The notes beneath the pieces are model-generated. The model saw only the letters and a program-made list of their open reading frames with translations. It ran no database searches and was not told the origin of the DNA. 64,000 nt of DNA, from contig JBIOZG010000035.1 of assembly GCA_044870765.1 (NCBI GenBank), positions 1 to 64,000 of the forward strand, written 5' to 3'. The stretch's first letter is position 1. Each line of letters starts with the position of its first letter. Of the stretch, positions 9,708-20,006 are shown one piece after another. The position numbers and the translations under genes are program-made. The stretch is from Nitrososphaeraceae archaeon. Its GTDB lineage: Archaea; Thermoproteota; Nitrososphaeria; Nitrososphaerales; Nitrososphaeraceae.

Positions 9708-9971
9708 ATGAATATTGGAAATCGATGTGAGCATTTTGTTAACGCAAACGAAACTTTAAATCCAAAAACGGCCGGATGCGAAGAATGCCAAATAGAAGGG
9801 ACAAACTGGGTAGCCCTTCGAATGTGTCTAACCTGCGGCCATGTAGGCTGTTGCGATTCTTCCGTCGGTCTCCATGCGACAAAGCACTATAAGGAAACAA
9901 GCCATCCAGTAATGGTGGCACTACCTAGTAAACAATGGAGATGGTGCTATGTTCATAAGGCATATTCCTAA
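9708..9971 (+). CDS. UBP-type zinc finger protein
   Basis: CEEC...LRMCLTCGHVGCCDSS...HATKHY...WRWCY. Confidence 0.92.
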   Translation: MNIGNRCEHFVNANETLNPKTAGCEECQIEGTNWVALRMCLTCGHVGCCDSSVGLHATKHYKETSHPVMVALPSKQWRWCYVHKAYS

Positions 9972-10309
9972 TACTTCCGTCTCTTTACAATTTGATAACC
10001 TCATGCACATAATACATATAAGTTACTAATAAAGAGATTAAACCTCTTTCCAAATCAAATAACATATGTCTTAAAACAATCTAGGTTGAGAATGGAATGG
10101 GAAACGGGGAAATGAGCGATGGGTAATATGCAACTGATTTAAGCCATGATGATTACATAATATTATGGAATCTGGGATGGTATGTGATGGCTGTAAAAGA
10201 AAAACTTTTTCTCTAAATCAATTCGTAGGAAAAATGATATGCAATAAATGCCATGATGAAATGATAAATACTGTTCAAATTCCTTAACTAGCATGTAAGG
10301 GAAACATGA

Positions 10310-10633
10310 ATGGAGAACATGTCTGAAAAAAGCAGAATTTACGCCTATTTCTTTAGCATTATTTTGCCAGGACTGGGGCAAATTTATCTTAATCATAAAA
10401 ACAGAGGATTTATGGTTCTCACAGGTGCAGTAATATTATCTATAACTTTATCATTCTTATTCGTATTTCCATTAAATTGGATAATCATGGCCGCCTACTG
10501 GATATGGCAAGTATTTGATGCATTTTTCCTTTACAAATCTCAAAACGCAGTTAATAAAAAAACTCGCTTGGTGAATCACAAGATGCCGGAATCCATCATA
10601 CTTGAATCTCTTTTAATTAATTATGTCAAATGA
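10310..10633 (+). CDS. Small membrane protein (TM2-like)
   Basis: SIILPGLGQIYL motif plus TM helices. Confidence 0.7.
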   Translation: MENMSEKSRIYAYFFSIILPGLGQIYLNHKNRGFMVLTGAVILSITLSFLFVFPLNWIIMAAYWIWQVFDAFFLYKSQNAVNKKTRLVNHKMPESIILESLLINYVK

Positions 10634-10868
10634 AGCTTTTGACAAGTTTCTCTTGAAACTTTTCGAAAAAACTGCAGTTAAGGATCAGTTGAGTTATTTC
10701 AACATGTACGAGATCGGAAAAGAAATAGGAATATTTGATGAATCCGAAATAAACAGGATAGTCAAAATTCTGCGTAACGATGGATTTGTAGCCAATAAGG
10801 AAGAGCTAGATTCAGAAATTCGAATTACTGACAATGGAAAGAAAAGATTAGAAAATAATCAAATCTAA
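10623..10868 (+). CDS. Hypothetical winged-helix protein
   Basis: EIGKEIG...EINRIVKILRNDGFV...IRITDNG wHTH pattern. Confidence 0.65.
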   Translation: MSNEAFDKFLLKLFEKTAVKDQLSYFNMYEIGKEIGIFDESEINRIVKILRNDGFVANKEELDSEIRITDNGKKRLENNQI

Positions 10869-10874
10869 CATTTG

Positions 10875-11474
10875 TTACGTGTGATAAAATCCTTCCATAA
10901 TGATTTCCTTCAATGGTTTTCTGTCAGTAAGTTTTTCTTTCTCATGTAACTCGGGCGGAAGAATCTCTATTGGTCCTTTTTTGCCAATTGCAATCATTGC
11001 CATAACTTCAAAATCATGGGGGACGCCCAAATCCACACCTGCTTTTTCATAATCAAATCCTTGCATTCCGTGGGCAACTATGCCTCTGGATGAGGCTTCT
11101 AGCGCTAGATTTTCCCATGCCGAGCCTGCATCAAATTGATGTGTTATTGCAGGTTTTTCATTAAATTCAAAGTTTTTCCTAGATATTACTACTACCAATA
11201 ACGCAGCATTCTTTGTCCAATTCTTATTTCCTTCCGCCAGCAAATTAAAAAACCTGTCCCAGTGTTCTGTGTTTCTTTTGGCATAAATAAATCTCCATGG
11301 TTGATTGTTATAAGAAGAAGGAGCCCATCTGGCTGCTTCAAAAAGTGACATTATATCGTCGTCATTTAGCGCCTCTCCAGTCATAGACCTTGGAGACCAT
11401 CTGTTAAGAATGAGGGGATTAATTGGATAATTAGATTTCCTTGCTGACTCATTTTCTGGCTTTTGCACTATCAA
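10875..11474 (-). CDS. Nitroreductase family protein
   Basis: NRWSPRSM, AARWAPSSYNNQPWRF, HGMQGFD. Confidence 0.93.
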   Translation of the reverse strand: MIVQKPENESARKSNYPINPLILNRWSPRSMTGEALNDDDIMSLFEAARWAPSSYNNQPWRFIYAKRNTEHWDRFFNLLAEGNKNWTKNAALLVVVISRKNFEFNEKPAITHQFDAGSAWENLALEASSRGIVAHGMQGFDYEKAGVDLGVPHDFEVMAMIAIGKKGPIEILPPELHEKEKLTDRKPLKEIIMEGFYHT

Positions 11475-11709
11475 ATCAACTCCACATCATGATTAATTTT
11501 CTCTTTTACTTGAAATCTTGATAACAATAATACTAATAGCAAATTGTTCAATATTAGATGTTCTTTATCCTTTATTATTGATATGCATTCATTCATTGTG
11601 CGATGGAAGTTAGTAATCGTAAAATTATTACCCCATTAATCCATCATACGCACTCTAATCACAATTACTCAATTTTTTAAATAATAGAGAAAAGCAACAA
11701 CTATGGATA

Positions 11710-11913
11710 TTGAATGAATCTATATTGAAGTTACAAGAATTACTTGATCGTGGCTGTAGGATAGAAAAGATATATCCTAACGTTACTGCTTCAGATGCCG
11801 AAATTAACATAGTAACGGTAGAGGTCAGATGCTCCGACGGTCAAATTCATAAGATCCGAGCTTACAGGGAAGAAGCTAATGATTTAAGGGAATTTATACG
11901 TACAGAGCTTTGA
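11710..11913 (+). CDS. Hypothetical protein
   Basis: 67 aa ORF with TTG start and an upstream TATA-like TTTTTAAATA. Confidence 0.6.
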   Translation: MNESILKLQELLDRGCRIEKIYPNVTASDAEINIVTVEVRCSDGQIHKIRAYREEANDLREFIRTEL

Positions 11914-12005
11914 AAGGTCGATTAAAATTAAAATTCAGGTAAGATATTCTAATTAATGGTCTTTGTCGGTAGATTTAATATATTTCAATGACAAGTATTA
12001 TATGA

Positions 12006-12998
12006 ATGCCAAAAATAAATCCTGTTTCACGCCTTGATTTTTTAAAATTGGTGGGAACTGCCGGGACAGCATTTATGTTATTACCGTTAGTACAATTAGG
12101 AAGAGCCCTAGCACAAACCGTTCCTATGAGCAGTAAACCTATAATAATTAAACGAGTTAATAAGGTAGGACCGGATGGAGTAGCATTTTTGTATCCCACT
12201 AAACCGAAAGGCTTTGTTTGGTATATGAATCATGATGAACCCTTTGATTTGCATTTTGAGATAGGTGGTGGTTCTACCTACAGTAAACTAGTAAAGAACA
12301 AAGACGGATCATGGACAGCTAATGATAATGAGAGAGTCAAGTTTAACTTGAATGTCGATCCTGATTACAAGGATGCAATAGGTGGATGCAAAATGAGCTT
12401 CAAGGATTCCATGGCTAGAGGTTACACATACGATAAAAGCGATCTTGATAATGTGGAGCTGACAGGATTCTTTAATGTCCACAAGCCAACAGAAAATGAT
12501 GGTATCTACCTAAGAGGTCCCTGTAATCACCATGATGAAAGTAATCACCTTTGCTGCGAAGAATTCAACTACGACTGTGAAACAAATTGTAATTCTGCAA
12601 AGGTCAATTCGAAAGTGAAATTTACAAAGCAGAGTCCAAACATATATCATAATGACCCTGCAGGGGCTAAAAAGATAATACCTCACGTTATTTTGGCAGG
12701 TCATGGTTGGTTTGGCATCAAGTATATTCACATAATTCTGTCACGAGATATGAATAACCCAAAAGTCAAATTGGAGCAATGGATGAACTTTAATGGTGAT
12801 GGCAAAACATGGATCAAAATCAATGAAGTTATTGATACTAGATCCTACCAGTGGGGACCAAAGGCCATATGTGAAGGTCAGGATTACGAGGTTGGAGCCT
12901 GGGGCGCACCTAGAATGGTATACAAATGGTATCGTGGAGATGTCGATTTTAAATGGTTTTCATGCAGACAAATAAAGCCCAATTTAATCCAAACGTAA
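12006..12998 (+). CDS. Tat-type secreted beta-rich protein (lectin/polysaccharide-lyase-like, uncertain)
   Basis: SRLDFLK Tat-like signal, hydrophobic core and ALA cleavage site; Trp-rich beta-strand pattern. Confidence 0.7.
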   Translation: MPKINPVSRLDFLKLVGTAGTAFMLLPLVQLGRALAQTVPMSSKPIIIKRVNKVGPDGVAFLYPTKPKGFVWYMNHDEPFDLHFEIGGGSTYSKLVKNKDGSWTANDNERVKFNLNVDPDYKDAIGGCKMSFKDSMARGYTYDKSDLDNVELTGFFNVHKPTENDGIYLRGPCNHHDESNHLCCEEFNYDCETNCNSAKVNSKVKFTKQSPNIYHNDPAGAKKIIPHVILAGHGWFGIKYIHIILSRDMNNPKVKLEQWMNFNGDGKTWIKINEVIDTRSYQWGPKAICEGQDYEVGAWGAPRMVYKWYRGDVDFKWFSCRQIKPNLIQT

Positions 12999-13085
12999 TT
13001 CTCAAAGCGATCGGAGATTTAAAATAATACTAGATACTAGAGATAGAGATCTTTCCACAAAATATGAATCTTGAATTGCGTGCCA

Positions 13086-14090
13086 CTATTTATCTCCACT
13101 AGGAATCAGGAAATCAACCGCACTATACAGCGCCTCAAGCTCTTTTGAAATCTGATCTGAAAATACCCCTAGTATTTCAAAATCAGCTGCCTGCATTCTT
13201 TTTGTGCTGAACATAGCCAAAACACCAATCACGTTACCTTTGATAGTAAGAGGATAACCAGCAAATGATTGAAGTTTTTCTTTTTTTGCCCACTCGGGAT
13301 ATCTTATTCTCTTGTCATTAACAACATCGTTTGTTATAGATGGTTTATGAGTAATTACAATATTTCCAATTTTATTAGAATCGGCAGGTACCCTTGAGAA
13401 TTCTCCGTTTATATTCTTGTACTTTCCGACACTAAATTTTAGTACGAGATATTTGCGTTCCTTGTCCAGTAACCATATGCGAGCGAACTTGGCGCCAAAA
13501 TATTTTACTAAACTTTCAACAATAAACTGGAGTTTTTCATTTAAATTTTGATATTTCTTCAACGAGTTTAGGATCTTATAAGCTCGCCATTTTTGATCTC
13601 TTAATTCATGATCATCATACAGTGTATAAGGCGTAACCTTAACCATACTGGATTCATAAGATCGAAAATCATCGATTAGGTCAACAAACCTATTTAAGAA
13701 ATTAGAACTTTCAAATTCATATTGTTCTACAGAATCAAAAACGAAATGGCAAATCCAATCATAATCTCCTGTCATTCTTGCGCAATAAATGCAGAAGTAT
13801 GATTCGCCACAGTATTTCTCCAGACGCGAAATCATAACAGAGGTATTAGCGCGAAATCTAAATTTTAAGAGAATTGTACGATTTATCTTTTCAGACAGTA
13901 AAGTTGGATTTAGCAGAAGAGAATAGGCCAGAATTATGTTAGATTTCTCTAATCTCTTTAGTCTATGTCGTACGGTTCTATCTGTAATTTTATATCCTAA
14001 TGCTTGCAAATGTCTAGACATTTCATATGAAGATGTGCGTGAATTTTTACCCAATTGCGATAGCAAAAATCTGTCAATTTCGTCTACCAT
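13086..14090 (-). CDS. Lrp/AsnC-family regulator fused to a C-terminal GAF domain
   Basis: N-terminal DEIDRFLL...TVRHRLKRLE HTH, RAM-like MTGDYD, GAF signature SFAGYPL...VIGVLAMFS. Confidence 0.88.
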   Translation of the reverse strand: MVDEIDRFLLSQLGKNSRTSSYEMSRHLQALGYKITDRTVRHRLKRLEKSNIILAYSLLLNPTLLSEKINRTILLKFRFRANTSVMISRLEKYCGESYFCIYCARMTGDYDWICHFVFDSVEQYEFESSNFLNRFVDLIDDFRSYESSMVKVTPYTLYDDHELRDQKWRAYKILNSLKKYQNLNEKLQFIVESLVKYFGAKFARIWLLDKERKYLVLKFSVGKYKNINGEFSRVPADSNKIGNIVITHKPSITNDVVNDKRIRYPEWAKKEKLQSFAGYPLTIKGNVIGVLAMFSTKRMQAADFEILGVFSDQISKELEALYSAVDFLIPSGDK

Positions 14091-14121
14091 TGACTAAGAA
14101 ACATTGCTATTGTTTTTATAT

Positions 14122-14201
14122 ATTGCCAATTAGGAAATATTTTTGAAATATGAATACAGTACCAACATAATATTTGCTCGCGCGATTTCCTAATCGGAAA
14201 T
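14122..14201. promoter_or_regulatory. Two palindromic operators, consensus ATTTCC-N5-GGAAAT
   Basis: ATTGCCAATTAGGAAAT (14122-14138) and ATTTCCTAATCGGAAAT (14185-14201) lie between divergent genes. Confidence 0.65.
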
Positions 14202-14257
14202 CAAGTAATCAAATTTTTTCCGCAGTGCATATAACATTATTTTTCCTATACAAAGAT

Positions 14258-14569
14258 ATGAAAATGGACTTTTTTGAAATAGAGCGCGTAATAGAGGAAT
14301 TGGCAAAAAACTATGCGGCTCCCTGTACTACAACATGGTTCAAAGTATCAAACAACAAAAACCCTTCAACAGAGCAGTATAGAGAAAAGGTGGTAGAATT
14401 TATGAAACAGTTTGAGGCAATTTTGTCAGGACAATTACCTCCTAGTGAACAATCTGCATCATGCCTAGAGTATGCAAAGAAACTACTTCATACCCAAATT
14501 TCGCTGATAAGAAGAGGAAATAACAAGGAAGTAGAAAGACGCTTTCAATACTATGTCAATTACAACTAG
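14258..14569 (+). CDS. Hypothetical helical protein divergent from the Lrp-GAF regulator
   Basis: ORF 14174-14569; ATG at 14258/14264 preferred because the upstream part overlaps the operator/promoter. Confidence 0.7.
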   Translation: MKMDFFEIERVIEELAKNYAAPCTTTWFKVSNNKNPSTEQYREKVVEFMKQFEAILSGQLPPSEQSASCLEYAKKLLHTQISLIRRGNNKEVERRFQYYVNYN

Positions 14570-14641
14570 CCTTGACAACAATCAAATTGCATTGTGAGTT
14601 TTCAGTAGATGGAACAATCGATAGAAAGGAAATAACGTGAA

Positions 14642-15238
14642 ATGATAAACTATGCCACTCTTGCAATACCTATCATGGCAGTTTTGGCTATTGGCGGAGT
14701 AATTAGTTTTTTTGTTGTATATTCCTTCTATCCCGAAAAACATGAAAATATAAAAATTGACGGCAAATGCTACGAATTGGTGGATGCGGCTCATGAGAAA
14801 ATTACGGCCCTAAATGCAGAAATGAAAATAAAAAAAATGTTGCTTCAGATAAGTAAAGTGGAACCCCCAAATGCAAGAATACCAATAATATTCAATGGAA
14901 AAGATTCTGAAGTTAACAATTTCAAAAATACTTATAATCTAACGGTAACTTCAAATCAAAAAGTAATGTATTTTCCCAAAATTAACGGAAGTGTTGTTAC
15001 TGCAGATATTACCAGACCAGATTTGCTAAAAATTGTTGAACACTTAAGTCTGTTTGATGTCTTTCCATCATCAAAATCCGTAGTTGGAAGCGTAGACATT
15101 CAACCAAATAAGTATATATCTCCTTCTGAGGAGAAGAATGTTTCTTCAGAACTAGACAAACTCATGAAAAATAAGTTGAGACAAATTATTGATACATCAG
15201 AGGGTGTAGAATCAGCAGAATGTAGAAACGATACATAG
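14642..15238 (+). CDS. Hypothetical membrane-anchored protein
   Basis: N-terminal TM helix followed by a soluble domain. Confidence 0.7.
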   Translation: MINYATLAIPIMAVLAIGGVISFFVVYSFYPEKHENIKIDGKCYELVDAAHEKITALNAEMKIKKMLLQISKVEPPNARIPIIFNGKDSEVNNFKNTYNLTVTSNQKVMYFPKINGSVVTADITRPDLLKIVEHLSLFDVFPSSKSVVGSVDIQPNKYISPSEEKNVSSELDKLMKNKLRQIIDTSEGVESAECRNDT

Positions 15239-15276
15239 TCAAATCAATAATACTTTTACCAATCGACTCTTTTATA

Positions 15277-15606
15277 TCAAATTGCCTTTTCATTCTCGGC
15301 TCCTGTAGCAAGATCTACTGCGCGAGTTACTGGAACGATAAAGATTTTTCCTATTTTGGAATTGTCTCTAATGATTTTAATTGCTTCGTCCATTATCTCG
15401 TCTGACAATACGGCCACAACTACATATTTATCACCAAATTCAGGAGTAAATATTTGAGTTCCTTTTGAGGCATGAATACCTGCTGGAATAGTTTTGCCAC
15501 GTCCTTTTACCTTAAAAACAGTTAAACCGCCAACTCCTATTTTCTTTAGTCCTTCACTCACCTTTGCAATATCATTTTCTGCCATAATGACTTCTATTCT
15601 TATCAA
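15277..15606 (-). CDS. glnK: P-II nitrogen regulatory protein
   Basis: GLTVFKVKGRG T-loop start, GKIFI, C-terminal TGAENEKAI; divergent from amt. Confidence 0.9.
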   Translation of the reverse strand: MIRIEVIMAENDIAKVSEGLKKIGVGGLTVFKVKGRGKTIPAGIHASKGTQIFTPEFGDKYVVVAVLSDEIMDEAIKIIRDNSKIGKIFIVPVTRAVDLATGAENEKAI

Positions 15607-15677
15607 TCACCTTCCTTAACAAATCGCTATTAAAATAATTATCTCTGTCATAGAGCAACTTTTTTATACAGATTTGG

Positions 15678-16946
15678 TTGTATGAATACGATTTGGCTAT
15701 AGACACTGGAGATACGGCTTGGATGTTAATTGCATCGAGCCTTGTTTTGCTAATGATTCCTTCATTAGGACTATTTGAGGCCGGTCTGCTTCGAAAGAAA
15801 AACACGGTTTCAATTTTCATGCAGATATTCTTTGGGATGGCACTTCTAAGTGTCATGTGGTTCATCTTTGGTTTTAGTTTATCTTTTGGTCCTGATACAT
15901 CAGGCCTTGCTGGAAATCTGGATTGGACATTTCTAAAAGGTATTCCATGGGATGATGCGCTAACACAATACGCTCCAAGCATTCCGGGAGTTTTGTTCGT
16001 AAAATTTGAAATGATGTTTGCTGTAATTACCCCATTACTTTTAACCGGAGCTATTGCGGAAAGAATGAAATTCAGTGCCTTTGTCTTGTTTATAGCAGCT
16101 TGGAGCTTGCTTGTTTACTATCCGCTGGTGCACTGGGTTTGGGGTGTCGGAGGATGGCTTAACAATATTGGAGTAAAGGATTTTGCAGGGGGCATTGTTA
16201 TCCACACAAGTGCTGGAATGGGTGCTCTTGCTGCAGCTCTTGTTTTAGGAAGAAGAAAGGACTTTGGTCCTTCCATTATGGTTCCTCATAGTATTCCGCT
16301 TGCGGTTCTTGGATCATCTCTCCTTTGGCTTGGGTGGTTTGGTTTCAATGCAGGAAGTGCTCTAGCGTCAGGAGGAGTTGCAGGCAACACCGTAATTAAC
16401 ACTCACATGGCTTCGGCGGTGTCTGCACTAATATGGGTAGGACTTTCGTGGATGAGAACGGGAAAGCCAAGCGTAATTGCTGCAATTAACGGTGCTATTG
16501 CAGGACTTGCAGGGATAACTCCGGCTTCTGGTTACGTAAGTGTTGAGCACGCGTTTGCTATTGGTATTGCAATTGGTATAGCCTCTTATCTTGGTGTACT
16601 CTTTCTCAAAGACAGACTCAAAATTGATGACGCACTAGATGTTAGTTCAATCCATGGAATTGCGGGAATAATCGGAGCTATATCTATAGGAATTTTTGCT
16701 TCTACTGCAATTAATCCTACTGGTGTAAACGGTCTTCTATATGGTAATCCACATCAGCTGTTGATACAGGCAATCGGAGTTGGTGTTGCAGCGGCTCTAG
16801 GATTCGGTGGTACTTATGCAATAATGAAGGTGATAGATGTATTGATTGGTGTCCGGGTTTCTCCAAAGGTAGAATCAGCGGGATTAGATATTGAAGAACA
16901 TGCAGAAAGAGCCTACAGTGATGATGATGAGTTAAGTAAGATCTAA
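15678..16946 (+). CDS. amt: Ammonium transporter
   Basis: DTGDTAW, DFAGGIVIH, WLGWFGFNAGS, DDALDVSSIHG. Confidence 0.98.
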   Translation: MYEYDLAIDTGDTAWMLIASSLVLLMIPSLGLFEAGLLRKKNTVSIFMQIFFGMALLSVMWFIFGFSLSFGPDTSGLAGNLDWTFLKGIPWDDALTQYAPSIPGVLFVKFEMMFAVITPLLLTGAIAERMKFSAFVLFIAAWSLLVYYPLVHWVWGVGGWLNNIGVKDFAGGIVIHTSAGMGALAAALVLGRRKDFGPSIMVPHSIPLAVLGSSLLWLGWFGFNAGSALASGGVAGNTVINTHMASAVSALIWVGLSWMRTGKPSVIAAINGAIAGLAGITPASGYVSVEHAFAIGIAIGIASYLGVLFLKDRLKIDDALDVSSIHGIAGIIGAISIGIFASTAINPTGVNGLLYGNPHQLLIQAIGVGVAAALGFGGTYAIMKVIDVLIGVRVSPKVESAGLDIEEHAERAYSDDDELSKI

Positions 16947-17159
16947 ATGCTTGATGAAAATGGAATATCAAACAAATAATATTCTGAATAATTAGACGTG
17001 TTTGGAGATCTTGAAATATGTCTTAAGTAAAAATCAATGAGCAATGTTCATGAAATACATTAAATTAAATGTATGAAAACAACCATGTACATAATCCCCC
17101 GGTGAATTCTCTGACAGTTCCTGCAAAATTTCTGGATAAGGTTCTGGAACCAAAAAATT

Positions 17160-17594
17160 ATGGCTAAAGGTTATAGATTAGTTTGTGCATATATTAGCAT
17201 GGTAAAGTTAGAGTCTCTCAAAGGAACTCATACTGAATCCGAACCTTTAGAATCAGATCTGTCGTTTGAAGAAATTTGCCCTATTTGGTCTCAAAAATTG
17301 AAAAATGGAATAGATGAAATAGATCGGATGATATTGGTCCAAGATTCTAAATACTGTGTAGTAGGCGAGGCATGGGGATTTTCAGGAAAACAAACAGGAT
17401 ATTATATTGCACCTTTGATTCCTCTTATTGGATGTTGGACATGCATAAGATATGGACAGAAATTCAGTACAGCTGCTAAAGACAATAAATCATGTGATAA
17501 TTTTGAGTCACTGATTTCAGATTTTTCAAGGCATTGGAATCAAAGACATAAAAAAGTAAGACGCACTAAACTTTTGTCAATAGCAAATCGATAA
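17160..17594 (+). CDS. Hypothetical Cys/Trp-containing protein
   Basis: ICPIWS...CVVGEAWGF...CWTC...HWNQRH; likely start at ATG 17199. Confidence 0.7.
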   Translation: MAKGYRLVCAYISMVKLESLKGTHTESEPLESDLSFEEICPIWSQKLKNGIDEIDRMILVQDSKYCVVGEAWGFSGKQTGYYIAPLIPLIGCWTCIRYGQKFSTAAKDNKSCDNFESLISDFSRHWNQRHKKVRRTKLLSIANR

Positions 17595-17610
17595 TAGCAA
17601 ATCGATAATA
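17579..17610. repeat. 14-bp tandem duplication AATAGCAAATCGAT x2 spanning a stop codon
   Basis: Direct reading of the sequence. Confidence 0.8.
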
Positions 17611-17789
17611 AATCCAGTCATAAGTTTAAGAACTGTAACTGCCTATATAGGATCTGAAATCTCGAGTCTTTGCTAATTGAAATTCTACTGTAGATCTATT
17701 ATATTCTACTAAAATGTTTGATTTCTTTAGTCCAGGAGGCTTGATTCCGTATTTCTGCGGATCCAAAAGACATACGGCGATTATATATT

Positions 17790-18167
17790 TTATGTTTCAG
17801 ATACTAGGATCTTGAAGCCACCATATACCATGCGATTAGGATCAAAGGGCATTGATTTTGGATCCATATTCTTCATGCGGCTGTCCTTCATTACTTTGGA
17901 GTTAACGCTGTTTCTGTGAACTCGCGATTTATATGTTATCCACGAGAAGACAACTGTCTCTCTAGATTTAATTTTGATCATTTTAGGAAATGGAATTCCC
18001 ATCGTTACCTTCAAATCGTCTCCTACGCATTCACTGTATTCCAGAGCGCCATGCTCAAGCCAGATCTTACTACACATTCTAGCTAGGTGTAAATAGGCAT
18101 TAATCTTATTTTTAGGAACAGCCAATACGAATCCATCAACATATTTGGGCTTGACGTTTTTCTTCAT
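17790..18167 (-). CDS. DUF1428 (YbaA-like) protein
   Basis: YVDGFVLAVP...ETVVFSWI...MPFDPNRMVYGGF. Confidence 0.93.
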   Translation of the reverse strand: MKKNVKPKYVDGFVLAVPKNKINAYLHLARMCSKIWLEHGALEYSECVGDDLKVTMGIPFPKMIKIKSRETVVFSWITYKSRVHRNSVNSKVMKDSRMKNMDPKSMPFDPNRMVYGGFKILVSET

Positions 18168-18366
18168 TAGGGTATTGAGCTATCTATCATATTTTAATTT
18201 GTATGTGAGTCGTGCATGAGGTAAGTTAAATTCAAAACAAACCTGTTTACAAAATGGATATTAAATTGAATTACTACTACTAAAATAGCTCTAAACTTTA
18301 GTAATTGACCTCTTATCCACGGCAAGATTGATAAGAATGACGCAATCAATATGAAAGGAACGCAGC

Positions 18367-19074
18367 TTGAAACAAAATACCCGTGTAGCAGTTGTAACTG
18401 GAGGAAATCGCGGGATTGGATTTGAAATATGTAAAGAACTATCCAAAGTTGGTTGCCGTGTAGTTCTCACAAGTAGGGATGAAGAACATGGTAAACAAGC
18501 AGCAGCCAAACTGGACGCTAATAAAAAAAATATTGTTTATCACAAACTTGACGTAACTGATAGTAAAGATATTGAAAGTCTTAGGGTTTGGCTCCTAAAG
18601 ATGTATGGAAGAGTTGATATCCTGATTAATAATGCAGGCGTTTACCTAGATGAAGGAACAAGCGTGTTTAACGTGGATGAAAAGATTGTAAAGGAAACAT
18701 TAGATGTCAATTTTTATGGGGCATTTAACATTTGCAGAGTCCTTGTTCCAATTATGAGGCAGAATGGATACGGGCGGATAGTAAACATCTCTTCCGGTTA
18801 TGGCGCAATGAGCGAGATGGCAGGGTATCATGCCGCCTATAGAATATCAAAGGCAGCGCTTAATGCCCTAACATTGATTATGGCCGATGAATTAAGAGAT
18901 GGGGACATAAAGGTAAATGCCGTGTGTCCTGGATGGGTTAACACAGACATGGGAGGCAAAATGGCTCCCGTTAGCGCCGAGAAGGCGGCCAAAGACATAG
19001 TTCACGTTGCGCTGATGGATGAAGAGGATCCTACTGGCAGCTTCTTTAGACACAAAAAACCAATTGAATGGTAA
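18367..19074 (+). CDS. SDR family oxidoreductase (carbonyl reductase-like)
   Basis: TGGNRGIG, NNAG, YRISK, CPGWVNTDM. Confidence 0.95.
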   Translation: MKQNTRVAVVTGGNRGIGFEICKELSKVGCRVVLTSRDEEHGKQAAAKLDANKKNIVYHKLDVTDSKDIESLRVWLLKMYGRVDILINNAGVYLDEGTSVFNVDEKIVKETLDVNFYGAFNICRVLVPIMRQNGYGRIVNISSGYGAMSEMAGYHAAYRISKAALNALTLIMADELRDGDIKVNAVCPGWVNTDMGGKMAPVSAEKAAKDIVHVALMDEEDPTGSFFRHKKPIEW

Positions 19075-19733
19075 GTGGACTTGGTTCTATAATGACATTG
19101 GTTGAAATGGGCTTACAAATTATACTTGTTTCTGTATCTGGCGTTTTTTCTCCGGGTCCACTTTTATTTGCAAATTTAGCCTTAAGCAAATATGGAGGAT
19201 TTTGGTCTGGAATTAAAATAGCAATCGGTCACACAATAATAGAACTTCCAGTAATTATTTTACTTTCTATACCATTTGTAGTATTCTCTCCTGTTAATAT
19301 GACTTTTAGTATAATGAAAATCATTAGTATTATTGCCGGGGCATTTTTGATTGTTTTTGGAATACTTTATGTGGTAAGGATGTTACGAGCAAGGGATATC
19401 CCTCATTCAGCTATTAGCTCATCTCGGATTGAAAATCCATATCTTGCTGGAATAATGTTCACAAGTCTTAATCCCTTCTTCATAGTTTGGTGGACCACTG
19501 TAGGCGTTAAACTAATATCCGATTCAATTTCACTACTAGGAAATCTGGCCGGAATAGCCTTTCTATTTTTTGTGCATATATGGATGGATTATGCCTGGCT
19601 AGGATTGTCTTCATACCTAGCCTCCAAGGGTTTCAACATTATACGATCAGAATATCACAAATACATAACTATATTGTTAACAGTTCCTCTTTTTTACTAT
19701 GGTATTTATTTTGTTTTAGGTTCTTTTAACTAA
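19068..19733 (+). CDS. LysE family translocator
   Basis: SGVFSPGPL, GHTIIE, LNPFFIVWW. Confidence 0.88.
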   Translation: MVSGLGSIMTLVEMGLQIILVSVSGVFSPGPLLFANLALSKYGGFWSGIKIAIGHTIIELPVIILLSIPFVVFSPVNMTFSIMKIISIIAGAFLIVFGILYVVRMLRARDIPHSAISSSRIENPYLAGIMFTSLNPFFIVWWTTVGVKLISDSISLLGNLAGIAFLFFVHIWMDYAWLGLSSYLASKGFNIIRSEYHKYITILLTVPLFYYGIYFVLGSFN

Positions 19734-20006
19734 TGCATGACTACTATATTGTGTATATAATATCTTGCTTCAACCAGATATCTGGGATCTAAAAATTACA
19801 AATTTCTGAAAATTCTAATGGGATGTATATGCTAGTAAAATTAATTATTAATTTTGATTTGACTCGACAAATCCAGAAAAACCACAAGATCTAAAGAAGT
19901 CAAGTTTGAATACATCGAGATTATTGAGATGAAAAAAGCAAAATGTCAAAGGAAAAAACATAACTATTAGCGAGGAATCCTATGACTAGAGTGACTCTGA
20001 ATACAT

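Noticed and set aside
15572-15982. Antisense ORFs over amt, and similar ones over ureG, tfb, ssuA, htpX, pok, pps, coaBC and the aminotransferase
   Set aside because: Antisense shadows of well-supported genes
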